In this document: positions 48,401 through 63,094 of the stretch, piece by piece
How the letters are laid out: each line of letters starts with the position of its first letter
How positions within the stretch are numbered: position 1 is the stretch's first letter
DNA from: Camelus dromedarius
Taxonomy: Eukaryota
Assembly: GCF_036321535.1 (NCBI RefSeq)
Contig: NC_087438.1
Location: forward strand, 5,458,001 to 5,522,000
Direction of reading: 5' to 3'
DNA: 64,000 bases
Notes under the pieces: model-generated
Told to the model about the DNA's origin: nothing
What the model saw: only the letters and a program-made list of their open reading frames with translations
Database searches by the model: none
Program-made: the position numbers and the translations under genes

Positions 48401-50650
48401 TTTATAGGTTTTCTCTTTCTTTTTTTCCTTCTAACCTGCAGTTTGTCTTTTATGGAATCTAACAGTGCTGATGTTAAGTTGTCTGCCTCTAGGGTTTTGA
48501 CCTGATGGAAGGGAGAGGCAACGAGGCAAGATGGAGCTGAGCCTGGTCGGCAGTGAAGGGATGGCCAAGATTCTGAGATAACAGCAAGCGGGAGCTGATG
48601 GGGAGGAAACGGAGACCTGCAAAGAGTCCCCAGATCCCAGGGCTCTAGAGGTCAAGTGCGCTTGGCTCTACGTGCTGCCCAGTGGCCATTTTAGGGATTG
48701 TTACTTCTTAAACCTCACAATCAGTCTTCCCCGCTGTAGCCCCCTAATCCTTGCCCCCGCTCCTTTTCCTCCTCTTTGCTCTGCCTCTTGACATTTATAT
48801 TCTGTGTTTAAGTGAACAAACACATTTGCAGCCAGTCAGTTCAGGCTAAGAGCTGTCACGTGGTCACCAGCTAGGGGGTGAACAGTGAGCCTGCATCACC
48901 TCCTGTGGGACCGCTCTCCTGACCTGCTGGGGTCAGGAGACACAGTCTCAGTGAGACCCGGGCCTCTCTGGGGTGCCCTTCCCAGAAGCCTTCCAGGCAG
49001 GACAGCGTCCTTCTATCTTTTCTTGATTTGTTCTCCTGCCTCCCCCAAGCTGAGACCAGCACTGTGGGCCCTTATAAGGTTGATGCATTTCCTAGCAAGG
49101 CTGACACCAGAAATCCGACCTGGGAGGAGGGGAGAAATGCGCCTGATGGAGTATTTGCCTCTGCCATTCGGGACTCGTGAGATCCGTGATCATGTGCCGT
49201 CAGGGTGTGGGCAGCCGTCTCTTACGGGACAATAACAGCCCATTCTGATTAGAACACAGACCGGAGCCTCCTTCCCTCAAAGCCTCAGTCATGGCCCCTG
49301 GCTCCCTCTAGGGCAATCCGGTATGTGCAAACGTCCACTCCTCTCCTGGGTCTTCTCCAGCTCTCACAGCAGGATGTGGAGTCCAGCACACTAACCCTGC
49401 CATGGCTGGACACTGCAGTAGGGATGGTATTCCTCGCTCTTCATCCCACTTCTGTCCTCAGGGCAGCTCTGCATGGGCGGTGTTGCCCATTGGACATGTC
49501 TGCATGACACACAGGTCATGGAGAGGTAATCTGAACTTTTCCTGATGGCTATTTCCTAATGTAATAGCTCCCAGTGCTTAAGTTTCTATAGTGAAAGGTG
49601 AACATCATGTCTTTGGTTAAGACATTGGGTCAGGCTTTAATTTCAGCCCAGGATGGATCCTCATCTCTGCAGATGCACTCAGGCTTAAGGGCAGAGGTGT
49701 GAAATGTCAGATCTTATGCTGGAATGACCAGATGTCCATCTAGAGAACAGATGTTCTTTTATGAATAAACTCTAAAGACCAACACAGATGTCCTAGTAAT
49801 TACTCTACACACCCTGACAAAAGGCATCCGAAGATGTCACTGGTTTTGTACGAGAATGTGAATTCAGTGAGGAATGAAATAGCAAAAAAAAAGAAAAAAA
49901 ATTCTGAAGCGAGCATGGGTCCAGTGGACACAGTTAGTCCTGACCTCTAATGTCAGGAGAAACAAGAGAAGAGGAACAAAGAAAACAAAGTAAATCTTCA
50001 GCCAACAGAGATTTAATAAAGACAGAAAAAGTAGGGAATGCCGATTTTTACAACGTTGACATATCACAGAACTTTTGAAGTTGACATCATAGTGGCTCAA
50101 AGAAGCACAGGAGACATAATTTATTTAGACATGCAAAACTTTCTAGACATGAAGGCCTTTTGTAGCTCAATCACATGAGACAAAGGAAGGTGCAATTCAT
50201 AGAGTGGTCAGCAGGAGCAACTGTTTATTTTTAAAAGGTCCATGAGGGGGAAGAAGAATCTGATTGAAGGGCCAGTTCCTAGGGCACAAAGGTTAATGGT
50301 GAGAGGTCGCTGGGGTTGTCATGGTGATAGGGTCAATGCATTTTCTAATGACCTGGGAGAGGGGGCAGGCTTCAGGGTGGTCAAGCCTGCTGAAGGCACA
50401 GGGGTGTTTCAGACTGAAGGGACAAAGGGAAAGAACAGAAAGGATGCCTGAAACCTAGTACGTCATAATCCAAGGAACGCATAGGTGACTGCAAACTAAC
50501 CAGACATGCATTCATGCATGTGGGAGGGCGTCCTCTAAGCTGTGGGCCAGACTGGGGGTGGGGGGATGTTCTCCATCAGTTCAACCTCCCAGGAGAAGCT
50601 CTTGACCTCAGTGAGGTCAGCATCTGGGAAAAAAATGTATCTGTGGTTTA

Positions 50651-50871
50651 TTTTATTATTTTATTTTATTTTATTTTATTTTATTTTATTTTTTTATTTT
50701 ATTTTATTTTATTTTATTTTATTTTATTTTATTTTATTTTATTTATTTTATTTTAGGGGGAGAGGTAATTAGGTTTATTTATTTTTTTATTTTGATGGAG
50801 GTACTGGGACTGAACCCAGGCCCTCATGCATGCTAGGCATGTGCTCTACCACTGAGCTACACCCTCCCCCC
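50651..50871 (-). mobile_element. vic-1-like SINE with a long (TTTTA)n microsatellite tail
   Basis: ~105 bp (TTTTA)n at 50651-50755, then antisense SINE; TSD tctgtggttta at 50640-50650 and 50875-50885. Confidence 0.92.
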
Positions 50872-51794
50872 TTGTCTGTGGTTTAGAAACAGCAAGAAGA
50901 CTGAGGTTCTGTTAAGAAAAGAATAATACAGAAGAAAAGCCAAATGCTCGGAGCAAGACCAGCCTCCATCAGTTACGGGTCCACGTCTGACTCTGCTTCT
51001 GAGTGGTTTTTTGACCTGAATAAATCCGAGGGAATTTGAAAACCAACTTGTACCAGCAAGGTGCCTGGAGCGGTAGAAATGGAGACACGCGTGCAAGCCT
51101 CAACTTGAACTGAAAATACAATTTTGTGTCTGACTCTGCCAACTTAACTATGCCAATAGATGTCAGAAAGCTCACTGCTCCTGGCTTGGGGTGTGCCAAG
51201 GAAAGGAAGAGAGTCCGTTCAAATCCATGAACTTCTGTTAATTCTGGAGACACAGTGCTGATACAAAGAAATAAAGGATCCCAATTCCCTGCTCTCAGGA
51301 AGATCACGGTGCAGCGAGAAGCCATCACTACCTGGTCACAGTTGTGCACTACTAGTGTGAGCCATGCGACACAGGAAGACTGGGGCGCCAGGGGGCAGGG
51401 AGCTTCAGGGTAATTTCCTAAGCTGTTTGGTCTTTCAGGTGAACTCAGGCCTAGGGAATGCTCACATTTTAACAGTCTGAGAGATTATGATCACATATTC
51501 TGAAACATTCTTTTCTAAACTTTTGTTATATGGTATTCAGTATTTTTCAAAATGATTTGACTTATCCTTTACCATATAAACCTTAGAAAAAAATGCAAAA
51601 AGCCCTTGACTGCACAAAGTATCAGAGTAATATATTGCATTTGTATGTGGGCTTTTAAATCTGCCGAAGTGCATTTTTGCCCCCTTAAAAACGATAACCT
51701 CAAACTAATCCGGCAAGTTAGAAGGAAACTACAATTGCCCACTCATGCGAATGAAGGTCATTCAGCTGAGTGGATGGGACTGCCTGGCCTCAGG

Positions 51795-51992
51795 CTCTGA
51801 CTCTGCCACTTACTGCGACCTTGGGATGCTAATGAACCTCTCAGTTTTCTGTCTGCAAAATGGGGATAATTACAACACCTCTCTTGTCGGGACATGTTAA
51901 TGATTCTGTGAGTTAATACATATAAAGCACTTAGAAAAATTCCTGGTCAGATAGGAATGTAATTTCAACAAATGTGAGCTGTTATTATTACT
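51795..51992 (+). mobile_element. MIR
   Basis: ctctgccacttact..gaccttggg...aacctctcagttttc..tctgcaaaatggggataat...aaagcacttagaa. Confidence 0.8.
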
Positions 51993-54900
51993 GTTACTAG
52001 ACTGAGTACCAATGTAAATGATATTTCAAGAAGTAGTGTTTTATCAGAACATCCTTGTGGTAGCTGAGTGCTTGCACAATTGGAAAGGGCAAAAAATATG
52101 CAGCGTTTGAGGAGGGGAAGAGCACTGGAAATCCCAGAACAGGGGCATGTCAACAACATTTGGTCAATGACACAACCTTGGGAGTTTTCAGGGCTCAACA
52201 AAATCACAAGCAGGTTACAATGATCCGTTGCAAATGTGCCAATATCAAGGAAGCCATTTAGATTCTTCATTGTTCTGTGAAATACAGGGGAATCTGTCAG
52301 AGCAATGCCATCTCTTGCCCTCAAATGATGATGGAAGAACTTGTGCAAACACATAGTAGTAGAGCCCTTAGGGAGGGAGTTTTGTCTGCAACTACGGTGA
52401 TACTGTCCTCATGAGTGGGCACCTCTTCAAAGGGAGAGTGTGAGACACTTCAACTCATTGAGAAATTGTGGGTAAGACGGCTGTGCCCGAATCAGTCAAG
52501 GCTGCTAATTAACTTAGACTCTGCACTTGAGAGAATCAGAAAGACATGAGTGCTTAAGGCCGGATAGCTTTTATTTTATTTTAGTTTAGTTTAGTTTTTC
52601 TTTTGTCTTTTTTTTTTTTTTTTGACAAAAGAGACAATGATGGAAGTTGAGAGTTTAACAGCTGTTGGGTAAATACATGACCTTCACATACATCTATTTT
52701 TACATGTTTATGTGCTTTTTATGGCTTTTGAGGAGGAAGGCAGATACCCTGGGGTGCTGTGAGTGGGACGCCAGCACGGAGGGCTGGCGCAGTGATGGGC
52801 TGTTCCCCACTCAACACCAGAAGTGGGACCTCAGTTGATGTGTTGCTTCAGGGTGAGGCTCTGGTATGAACTCTTTTCATGAGGGACCTCTGAGTCTGGG
52901 GATTAAAAGCAGTTTAGCTATTGCAGTGAAGCATGGCATAAGCTGGGGAGAATGCCGCCTCCCCGCTTCTGTGTGGGACCAGAGCTCTCCGTCGCCTGAG
53001 CCCTGGGGTCTTGGGAACAAGGACAGCACCCTTGGTGACAGCGCTGGCTTTCTCCCACGGCTGGGTGGAGGGGTAACCGCTCCAAGCAGAGGCGGGAGCA
53101 GGAGCTGCTGCTTTGAGGGAGGGCAGGGGACCCAGGTGAGGAGAACAGGGGGCCCTTCCTGGGCTGTGGCTGTGAGTGGGGCTCCTGCCTGTGGACACAG
53201 CACAGGGCCTCCTGAAATCCTGGGAGGCAGGTGGCAGCGGGCTGAGCACCTGGGGAGCACCTGAGGGGCAGGTGGGGGAGCCGGGAGCCCGCGGGGGTCC
53301 CTCAGCTGCCTGGGCACACCTGCTCCAGCCCGCCTGCTGCCCGTCGCTCTCTCGAAGTGAGCCGGGTCAGAGCGCGTCCACGTGTGAACTAGGCGTGAAC
53401 AGAAACGTGTGTCAGCAAACTGGGTGCACAGGAGAGCAGCGTCACGTCACTGTGCGCGGCCTGTAGCGTGAATGTGGGAGCTTTGTCCGTGACCAGGACG
53501 GTACAGTCCCTGCACGTGCAGGGAGGGGCCCTGAAAACCCCCCGATCAGAGCCAGCCCCACGCGGGAAGTGGCTGGTGGGTGACGGCCAGCAGGACGGAC
53601 CCTGTAAGGCATTTTAACGAGCTTAACGATGGTCCACACCGAGCTGTGTTCATTAAGAAGCCTCCAGATTAAGTGCTTTCCTCTTTTCTTCTTCCTCTTC
53701 TCATTCATCCACACTTTCTTGTCCTCACAAAATGGGGGCCAACTGCCAAATCAGGTCAACTGACCACATCCAAACACCTCAGCCCTGGGGGTGGGGGACG
53801 GGCACCTACTTGGAGAAACACAGTCTAGCAAAAACCAGCCCTTTTACAGCCGGTGATCTAAATACAAATCCACTACTATTTCACAGGATGCCTTTCTGAA
53901 AATTCAAATCTTTGTCTAAAATTACGGAAAACTGGAATTTGTGAAGCTGAAATGACTCCCTTGGGTGCTGGTTAGCAGCCCCCGCGCTGGGAGTTCCCAG
54001 GGGCAGGACCGGGTGAGGGGCCGTCGGCAGGAGCCGAGTCCCCTGGGAAGCAAAAGAGTATCAGCCAGTGAAAGGAAGTGAGGATGCCCGCGGCGGGCGG
54101 CAGTGAGGCTGGGGGTAAAGAAAGAGCTCGGCGGGAAAAGAGCATTTCTGTGGAGAGAGGTGAGAGGAAAGGGGAGACGTGAAAAGACCAAGGGAGCCAG
54201 GTGCAGAGGTCCTGGGAACCTTTACCAAGGAACAAAAACTACTCTTAAAATGAGTGACCTTGACTTTCTGTTTTAAGTTGTGCAGCAACTTTCTTTTCAA
54301 AATAAAATTTATGTGAAACACAATTACATGAAACAGTTAAGGGTGGAGCTGGTCCAGCTGAGGGAAGCTTTCCTGGGCTCTTCCATAGCAGGGGCTGCTG
54401 GTACCAGTCTGAACTTCCAGCTCAAACTGCTGTAACGGGAGGAACTGGAGCCCTGGAAGACACCACCCGGAGGTGATGGTCCTTTCCTGGACCCGGAGGC
54501 AACAAATGCGGCACAGCTGGGTGACAAGGGTTTTTGTAAATCTAGAGTGAGACAAAGAGGGAGAGATGACGGGTGGGTTGAGAGCATGAAAGGCAGGAAC
54601 TGGGCTTTTGTTAAGGATGGACCCTTGGTCCTTGACAGTCAGCAAATGTGAAATTGCCAAACCTGGAGACCAAGATGTGGGGGTGAGCTCTCAGTGCTTA
54701 GAAAATAGCCCACTGTCCTGTTTATCTTAAAACCCATCGCTGTTAACTTTACAATGTAGTCAGGCTATTTTCTGAAAGCTTTTCAGAAAGCAAGTGTTGC
54801 CAGTATGATAAAATTAAAATGGAACCTGGGCTACAGCAGATCATGTTGTTGGGCCGTAAGAGTCTTTGGAGCTTGCGAAGATGACCCTTTGTGAGGGAAG

Positions 54901-56609
54901 GCCACCATCATTTGGAGCCAACAATGAGTTGTTTTCCAACCCAGGAGGAGACAGAATTTTACCCAATTTGCCCAAGTTTAATCCCAATAATAATAAGGAG
55001 AAAGGTTGGATATTTGGAAACAAAGGCAGGGAAAGGATAAAGGGCCAAATTCCAAAGCACATCTCAAGCCTACATTCATGCTACCAGAATTGGACACTGA
55101 TGTTTACAAAATTTTGACAACCTGAAGAAGAAAACCATGTCAAATGTTCAACTCTCAAATGGACAAGTTAGAAAGAAAGTTGCAATTTTTGTCTCTTTTG
55201 AGAAGAAGTTTATTGTATCTGCTAAATTACATTGGATTTTCTCCTTTGTGACAGGATGGGTTTTGAAGAGAGAAACTATTTCCTGTGGGGAAGCTGGCCT
55301 AGGTTGCTTTTGTATCACCTCCGGACTACTGTGCCCAGTGTGTCCCTGAGCTAAGCCGTCCATGCCCCTGCAGCTCACTCTGCTAATACTCAAAGAATAG
55401 CTTTAAGAAAATAAAAATAAAAACAAATTCAGAGAAAGTTCTGATGCCTAACACTTTACCATCCAAAATGTTTATGAAAAAATTCCTGAAGTCCCTTAAA
55501 CTAAATTGTTGATTAAAACAGAATATTTTGCTAATGAGCATTAAGGCAGACAATATGGAGCTTATGTTGAGGAAAGCATGCTTTCCATGTTTAAACTAGT
55601 GCTGTTTCACTGAATTACAGAGTTAAAATGAAGGATAAGGAAAGTCTCAGGAGAGTGACCTCCAGGTTGGTTACTAATGAACACTCAGGTATATGAAACT
55701 TTTGAGTTTCCTTGGTATTCTCTTTCTGTAACACAGAAGATATCAATTTTTACCATAGAGAGATATTCTATGCATTTTAGATAATCTGAGAAAAGCAAGA
55801 TGTTTTTCAATAGATTCACATGAAGGCTTATACAGACCCAAATTCCTTTGTCAAGAGTTCCACCATTACCCATGGCAACTGTGAGTCTCTGGAACCATCT
55901 CCCATAGACAGAGCCATGAAAATTCCAGTCTATGGGGGACTGTGCTGACCTGGAATATCCTTCTCCTCAATCTCTCACCAAATGCACACACGTCAAAAAC
56001 TTGCACATGCTGAATAAATATAGTCAATGTAAAGTAAAATGTGTAGTTGAGATTGCAAGGGAAAAAACCCACCACAGGTGCCTAAGATGAGGGGGGATTT
56101 AAATCCAGAGCCTGAGTGTGTACTGAGTATATTGAACATGGGAGCAGAGCATCCCCTAGGGTTATCAGGAACAGATACTGTCTTAAAACTAGGTGTTTAA
56201 TGTCCCTGTAAGGACAATGTTCTCTTGATCTGGTTGGAACTGGAAAGAAATTTTTATGTAAGGTCAGAATATAAGGACTAGAAAAACCTTTGCTCACTCT
56301 TTAGCGACCCAGTGCCTGTGTGGAATTCTAATTGTAAGCTATGCTTGGAAAATAGAAACCCATGAGAAAACAGAAACTCCAGCCTGTAATATGCATTGGT
56401 TTGGGGTTCTTCATTCATACTACATGTAACTGAAGAACTTAGTATAGAAATTATTGTTAAAAACTAGTCTATATAAAGTCTACCATGGACCTACTGAAAC
56501 ACGGCTTAAAGGAAGTTTCAAAAGAATCAGATTGAAGTCCAACACTCTATAAGGGAATATTAAAAAAAAAACAACAACCCTAACCAACATAATAAAATAA
56601 CAAAATAAA

Positions 56610-57600
56610 ATAAAACTCATAATTTCTAGGATTCATTCAAAATTACCAAATATGCAATTAAGCAGGAAAATATGAGCCCAAATCAGGAAAAAGGCAATAA
56701 TTAGAAATAAAAGAGATGCTGGGATTACCAAAGATATTAAAGTGCTATTATAAATATTCTTCATATGCTCAAGAACACAAAGGAAAACAATGAGGAAAGA
56801 AATGTATAAAAATTTTAAAAGACCTACATGGAAATTTCAGAGTTGAAACATGCAATACCTGATATTCAAAAAGTATAAGCAGATTACCCGCTGCAGAAGA
56901 AAAAACATACTAATAAAAATTATCCTAAATGAAACAAAGAGAGGAGAAACTGGAAAAGAAATAACAGAACGCCAGTGGCTTGTACGAAGTGGTTGTGTAT
57001 AATTGCAATCTCAGAGGAGAGGAGAAGGGGAAACAAAAAATATTTGAAGAAATAAGTGGCCAATATTTTTCCAAATTTAGTATAAATGATAAACCTACAG
57101 ATTCAAGAAGGTCAACAGAACCCAAGCAGAAGAAAAAAGGAAAACCTCACTAAGGGACATCATAATCATAATCATAATCAAATTTCTGAGAACCAATGAT
57201 AGACTATCTCAAAGCAGCTAGAGGAACAAACACATTACATACAGAGAAACAAAGGTAAGATTTTAGCAGAATTCTTTTCAGAAACTGTGCAAAGCAGAAG
57301 AATATGGAACAGCATTTTTAAAGTACTGGAAGGAAAAAAGTTATCATGGCAGAATTATAATTTTAGCAAAAATATCTTTTATAAGTAAAATGAAATAAAG
57401 GATTTTTTTTTCCAGACAAAAGCTGAAAGAGTTAGTTCCAGTAATTAACTACCAAACCTGCATTAAGGGAAGTGTGAAAGTTCATCAGGAAGAACAAGAG
57501 ATAACACCAGATGGAAATATAAATTTGCCGTAATGTAATGAGGCATGCTGGAAATAGTATGTGGGTAAAAAAATAAAAGAAATTATTCTCATTTTTTAAA
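56610..57600 (+). mobile_element. Ancient L1 ORF1 fossil
   Basis: A-rich; aaaaaatatttgaagaaataagtggccaatattttccaaattt...cagattcaagaaggtcaacagaaccccaagcag (IFEEI..ENFPN...IQEAQRTP-like). Confidence 0.75.
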
Positions 57601-57955
57601 CTCATCAAAAGAAAATTGAGTGTTCAAATAGCGACATATTGAAGGGTTTTAACATGAGCAGAATAATGAAGAGGAACCACAATAACACCTAGGAAGCGAG
57701 GGTAGAAAATTCAGGTTACTGACGTAGGTCCACACAAACGTGGTCGTATGTGGCACAAAGTTGTCGGTGAGGAAACAAAGCAGTATATAAACACTTTGAA
57801 GACAAATGGGCAGTTTCTTGTAAATCTAAACATATACTCATCAAGCAACTCAGCCAGCCCTCCTAGCCACTGAGTCAAAGAGAAGTGAAAACCTATTTAC
57901 ATGAATGTTGATAGCAGCTTTATTCTTTTATTTTTATTTTTTGAAGTTAAAAAAA

Positions 57956-58461
57956 TTTTTTATTGAAGTATAGTCAGTTTATGATGTTGTGTCAATTTCT
58001 GGTGCACAGCACAATGCTTCAGTCATATAGGAACACGTATATATTTGTTTTCATATTCTTTTTCACTATAAATTACTACAAGATATTGAATATAGTTCTC
58101 TGTGCTATACAGTATAAATTCGTTGTTTATCTATTTTTTATATAATAGTTAGTATTTGCAAATTTCGAATTCCCAATTTATCCTTTCCCACTCACTTTCC
58201 TCCCTACCCCTCTGCCCCTCTAACTATGTTTGTTTTCTATGTCTGTGAGTTTGTTTCTGTTTTGTAAATAAGTTCATTTGAGTCTTTTTAAGATTCCATA
58301 TATAAGTGATATCATATGATATTTTTCTTTCTCTGACTTACTTCACTTAGAATGATGATCTCCAGATACATCCATGTTGCAGCAAATGGCATTATTTTAT
58401 TCTTTTTTATGACTGAGTAGTATTCCATTGTATAAATACACCACAGCTTCTTTATCCAGTC
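57956..58461 (-). mobile_element. L1 3' end
   Basis: tttttattgaagtatagtcagttt...agattccatatataagtgatatcat...tttatccagtc; same family as the 3' part of 15449-16648. Confidence 0.88.
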
Positions 58462-59320
58462 AGACTGAAGGTTTGCCCATTCCTTCCTCCTCCAGGACAG
58501 AGGGAATGTGTTGCTGATTGGTAAGGGAACAAAGGGAGATGGACGAGTGAAAGTGAAAGATGCAGTGGAGGAGGCTGGAAGATATCACTGTGAAGCAACG
58601 ATGCTTTCAGCTCTTCAGTGCTCTTCCAGTCTTGGATTTAAGGAGCTCTGTTTACTGACATCAAACAGAGATGAGCTGCTTTCAGCCTAAGGCAGTTCCA
58701 TGGAGCTTTCTCCTAATTGTGCAGTTTTCAGCTCCATAGACAGAATAAATGGCAAAGAAACCACCACTTAAAAGTGTATCTGACAGGATGCTAAAGGCAT
58801 CAGTGCACTTTTTGTATTTGTTTCGGACCAACACAAGACGTTTCCTAGCTTTTTACGTGGAATTTTGCAGCTTTGCTGTTGTGGTGCTTTTATATCTTGG
58901 CTAGCTCCAACGCCTCGTGCTGAAATAGCTCTATTTTCCCAGGACAAGCAATTTAAGTTGTGCATAGAAGACAGTCATTGCTTTCCAACTACCTGACAGC
59001 TAACGTGCCTGGAAATGGCAAATACCACCACTTATGTGCTGACAGAAAGGCCCATTTTTATTTCCAGCCACCACAGCTGTTAATATGAGGTGCATCCATG
59101 AAATTTTATGAGAAGGATATTTAGGAAAATAATATATTTTAACACTATTACAAAAATATTTTCAGTAAACTATTTGAAAGGCCTTTCCACATATATTCTC
59201 TCTGGCTATGTGAAATATTCTCTAGTTGCTTCTGTAATTTTATACCATTAAAATACATTTTAAAGCATACATTTTATTAAAAACTTTAAACTGACTCTGT
59301 ATTTAAAGTTCTGTACATTT

Positions 59321-59477
59321 AAAAAATGCACTTGTTTTTTAATTTTAATTTTATTTTTTGAGTTTTTTAGGGGGGGAGGTAATTAGGTTTTGATTTTTTT
59401 TAAATGGAGGGACTGGGGATTGAACCCAGGACCTTGTGTTAAGCACGTGCTCTACCAATGAGCTGTTCTCTCTCCCT
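59321..59477 (-). mobile_element. tRNA-Ala-derived camelid SINE (vic-1-like)
   Basis: Antisense copy; 13-bp TSD gtt(c/t)tgtacattt at 59308-59320 and 59478-59490. Confidence 0.88.
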
Positions 59478-61015
59478 GTTTTGTACATTTGTATCAGTTC
59501 AAAATGTTAGTAACAGAAATGGTGGTTTAATGTTGTGTGGGGTGTTACTTTTCATATAATTAGTCCAGGGCTAGTGCAGTAGCTCAGAAATACCTTCAAG
59601 TACCAGCATTTCTTCACCCTCCTGACCCTGGAGGTTTTCCCTCTCATGGTCAAGAGACAGCTTCTCTAATGCCAAGTATTATATCTGAATTTTAGAAATG
59701 AAGAGAAGGAAGGAAGGGAATTAAGAGAAATTGAGGAGAAAAGTGGGGGCCCTTCACCCCCACTTTCTCAAGAATCTGTAGCAGCTCTCTGCTTCATCTA
59801 ACTGACCAGCAATAGGGAGGTTTGGGAAACACAGCTTTGTGCTTTGGCACATTGTGATCCCAAACGTGATCAGGACTGTTAGCGAGGAAGAGGATGGGAA
59901 GGGAGAACGTGCAGCCCAAGAGCCAAGCTTGCCACCCGCTCCTTCCGCCTGGAGATGGCAGCAAACCTTCTGATTGTGTTTCTTTGGTAAAGGAGGCTGT
60001 GCATTTGGGTTCAAAGTGCTGTCTGATAGGCTCCTTCTTTCCTAGCGTCATAGCAGGCACACTTCCCCATGCAAATGCTCACAGGTATTCTTTTAATCAT
60101 TTTCAACAGCTATAATTTCAATTACAGGAATACCTGATCTGTTTTGGAGATTTAGGTGGTTTCCAACAATCACTATTGAAAACAAAAGTTCAGTGAATGT
60201 CTTGCAGACATACTTTTTTGTGTGGACACCCATGACTAGGTTCTTAAGTTACAGTCCTGTAAACAAAGTTATAGGGTCAAATTTGTGCATATTGTTCAGG
60301 CTTTTGGTGTCATTGCTAAATTGCTCTTTGGCAAAGGTCTTTCCTCCTGCGGTATGTCAAATTGTTTACTTCCAAGCATCCTATCAGCTTAAGAGGATTA
60401 TGTTTTTAAAGTTTGCCAGTTTTACTGGTGAAAACCATCTAGAGTTCTGAATGATCCTGAGCAGATGAGTGTATATAGTTTCAATAAGGTGAGGCCCATC
60501 TGGATGAACGGTGTAGACCTCGCCCCTGAGGGATCACAGGTGCGGCCTGGGGGGCAGGGACATGCTTGTGCAAGACCCTGCAGTGGGTACATCCCTAGTT
60601 TAAGTCCCCACCATGTAGGAGCGTCAGTTCTTTCCCACAAGGAAACCCCCTCCCCTCCCAGTGGCTTCTGAAAGTCCTTGGAGAATGCTCCATGTGTCCC
60701 CACAAATAAGCCTGCCCCTTGGTGAGCAAATTACCACTGGTCCAAGAGCTCTGCCTGCAAAGCCCCTGGAAGACCCACCTGCTGCCCCAGACTCATGACA
60801 ATGCTGAAGACCCCCAGCAGGTCTCAGAACCACTGGACACCCCCCAACCCCCTCAGGCTGCAGGCTAGTGCTGGGCAGAGGCCAAGAGAAGAAAGGCACT
60901 TTCCCACTCACTCAGAGGTGGCCTTAAAGAGCAGAATTTTTAAGGAAAATTCTCAACATGGGCCTATGCAGTTCAAGGCAGGGGTTGAGGGTGAAGTCCT
61001 GGAACCATCTGAGGT

Positions 61016-61642
61016 TGGTATGGAACCAAACCTGGGTCCACTCCCCAACACACAGCAAAGCAATCTACCGAGCCTGGGTTCTGGTGAGGGAACGTGTGGC
61101 ATTTATTGCAGGTGCCAAGCAAGGAGTCCAGGCAGCTAGTGCTCAGAAGACCCAAACTCCCTGATGGCTTTCACAGTAAGGTTTTCAAAGACAGGGTGCG
61201 GGCGTGGGCTGTGGGCTGTGTGATCAGCTCATGGACATTGTTCTGACTGGTTGGTGGTGAAGTAACTGGGAATCAACATCATCATTCTGGTTTCAGCTGG
61301 GCTGAGGTCTGCGTGCTTGTGGGCAACACACAGTTAACTTCTTCTCCTGGTGGGGGTTTCAGTATCTGTGAAACAGCTCAAAGAACACGCTCAGGATATT
61401 ATCTACAGCTCTTGAGGAGGAAGTAAGGGTCTTTGACTGTTTACTTGCTAAATTATTATTTTGTTTTGCTTGACTGTTTCCTATTCTTTCTGCGTCTTAT
61501 CACTTCTCTAATTAAATGCACCCCTAGAACTTGGAGAAGGCCTAGGAGTCTTAAGTTTTTCTATAGACAAGAGGCAGGTGGAAATCATGGTGTTGGGGGG
61601 TGTCTGTTCCAGGAAGGCCATGTAGGGTCCTGCTCAGTTACA
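61016..61642 (-). mobile_element. ERV1-type solo LTR (~630 bp)
   Basis: Minus strand starts TGTAACTGAGCAGGACCC, carries AATAAA (tttatt at ~61102) near its 3' end and ends in CA; interrupts a MaLR LTR. Confidence 0.7.
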
Positions 61643-61965
61643 AAATTTTGTTCACTCACATGTGTGGCTGTCACATGTAACCTGGGCCATTGCCTGAAAC
61701 ATCTACGCATGTCCTTTCCATGTGGCCTGAGGTTCTTCTCAACGTGGTGGCTGGGTTCAAGGGTGAGCCTCCCGACAGGGAGAAAGCCAGGCTTGGAAGT
61801 ACTGCTTCGTCTATTTATAGCAGCGGCTACTGCAACAGCCCAGGTTCAAGGGAAGGAGACCCACGCTCCAGCGTTGCATGGCGGGGGGCGGCAAAGTCCT
61901 GGAAAAATACATGTGAGACCGGAAACATTGCTGTAGCCTCATTTGGAAACCAGCACCTACAACAG
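61643..61965 (-). mobile_element. Old MaLR LTR (MLT1G/H-like) remnant
   Basis: ttcactcacatgt...ctttccatgtggcctg...cccaggttcaaggg...tttggaaa. Confidence 0.6.
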
Positions 61966-62277
61966 CGGCGAGTCATCAGTATTACCTGCGTGTCACAAAG
62001 CTGCCGCATTCCAGGGGACACTTTCCCTGTTCTTCTGATCAGCAATTTCCCTCTAAAAGCAGAGTTTAGAATTTGAGTCACTTATGGGGTAACTGAAGGC
62101 AAATAATGAGGACACAATGCACTTCAGCACAACATGAACACACTTTAACTTGGACTGGGTTTCAGAATCTCTCCCACAGCTTCTGTGGGAATTCTATGCA
62201 AATTATACAAATATGAAATCACAAGCTTCTTATTTCAAACTCCAGTTTGGTCCTTAGGAAATTCTTTCTGAAGTTGT

Positions 62278-62636
62278 TGTCTAAGTCCGCCCAGGCTGCC
62301 CTCACAAGAAACCACAGCCTGGGTGGCTTACGCAGCCTGGTTATGTCCTCACAGTTCTGGAGGCTCAGTGTCCAAAGTCAGGCTGGTTTCTTTGGAGGGC
62401 TTCTGTCCCTGGTGCATAGATGACGGTCCCCCTCTGGTGGCTTCACTTAGTCTTCCGTCTTTGTGTGTCTGAATCCTAACTTCCTCTTATAAGGACACCA
62501 GGGCCACTTGAGTGACCTCGTTTTACCTTAATTATCTCTTTAAAGACACTATCTCCAAGTACAGTCACATTCGGAGGTTCTGGGGGTTAGGAATTCCATG
62601 TATTCATTTTGAGGGAACATAATGCTGCTCACAAGA
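62278..62636 (-). mobile_element. MaLR LTR (MLT1B-like)
   Basis: ggctgcc..acaagaaaccacagcctgggtggctta...ctcacagttctggaggct...cttataaggacacca...tctccaagtacagtcacatt. Confidence 0.85.
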
Positions 62637-63094
62637 ATCTCCACTGTAGAAAGTCTTACGACAGTGACCTTGTGGGATACTCGAGGTCACATTTTCATCT
62701 GCCTTCTAGACATTTTGAGTTTGGTAATTTCCCTTTACTAACTCTTTCCTTATCCTCATGTTTCTGTTTCTGTTTTGACTACCTCAGTCTCTTCAGGTAC
62801 CAGGACAAAAATGAATAAATAAAAAGTGAGTAACACCACAGTCCCAAACCCTCAGTGCTAGTTAAGTGTGCTTTCTTTTTCTAGCCCATTTCTCACTAAG
62901 TCCTAATGATTATTCCTTTGAAGCGACTTTCGCCGCTGCCCCTTCCATCTTCTCATCCATCTCACATCAAGGCTGGATTGCTTCTCTTCTCCTAACTGTA
63001 ACTCAGTGAAGTTCAGTGCAGAGCTCAACTGAATATTGCCTTATCCCTTCTTTTCCAGAGTATGCTTCCGAACTTCCTGTGACTCTGGGGGGCT

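Noticed and set aside
61433..62081. ORFs of 128-167 aa
   Set aside because: They span LTR remnants (ERV1-type and MaLR) and show no gag, pol or env similarity.
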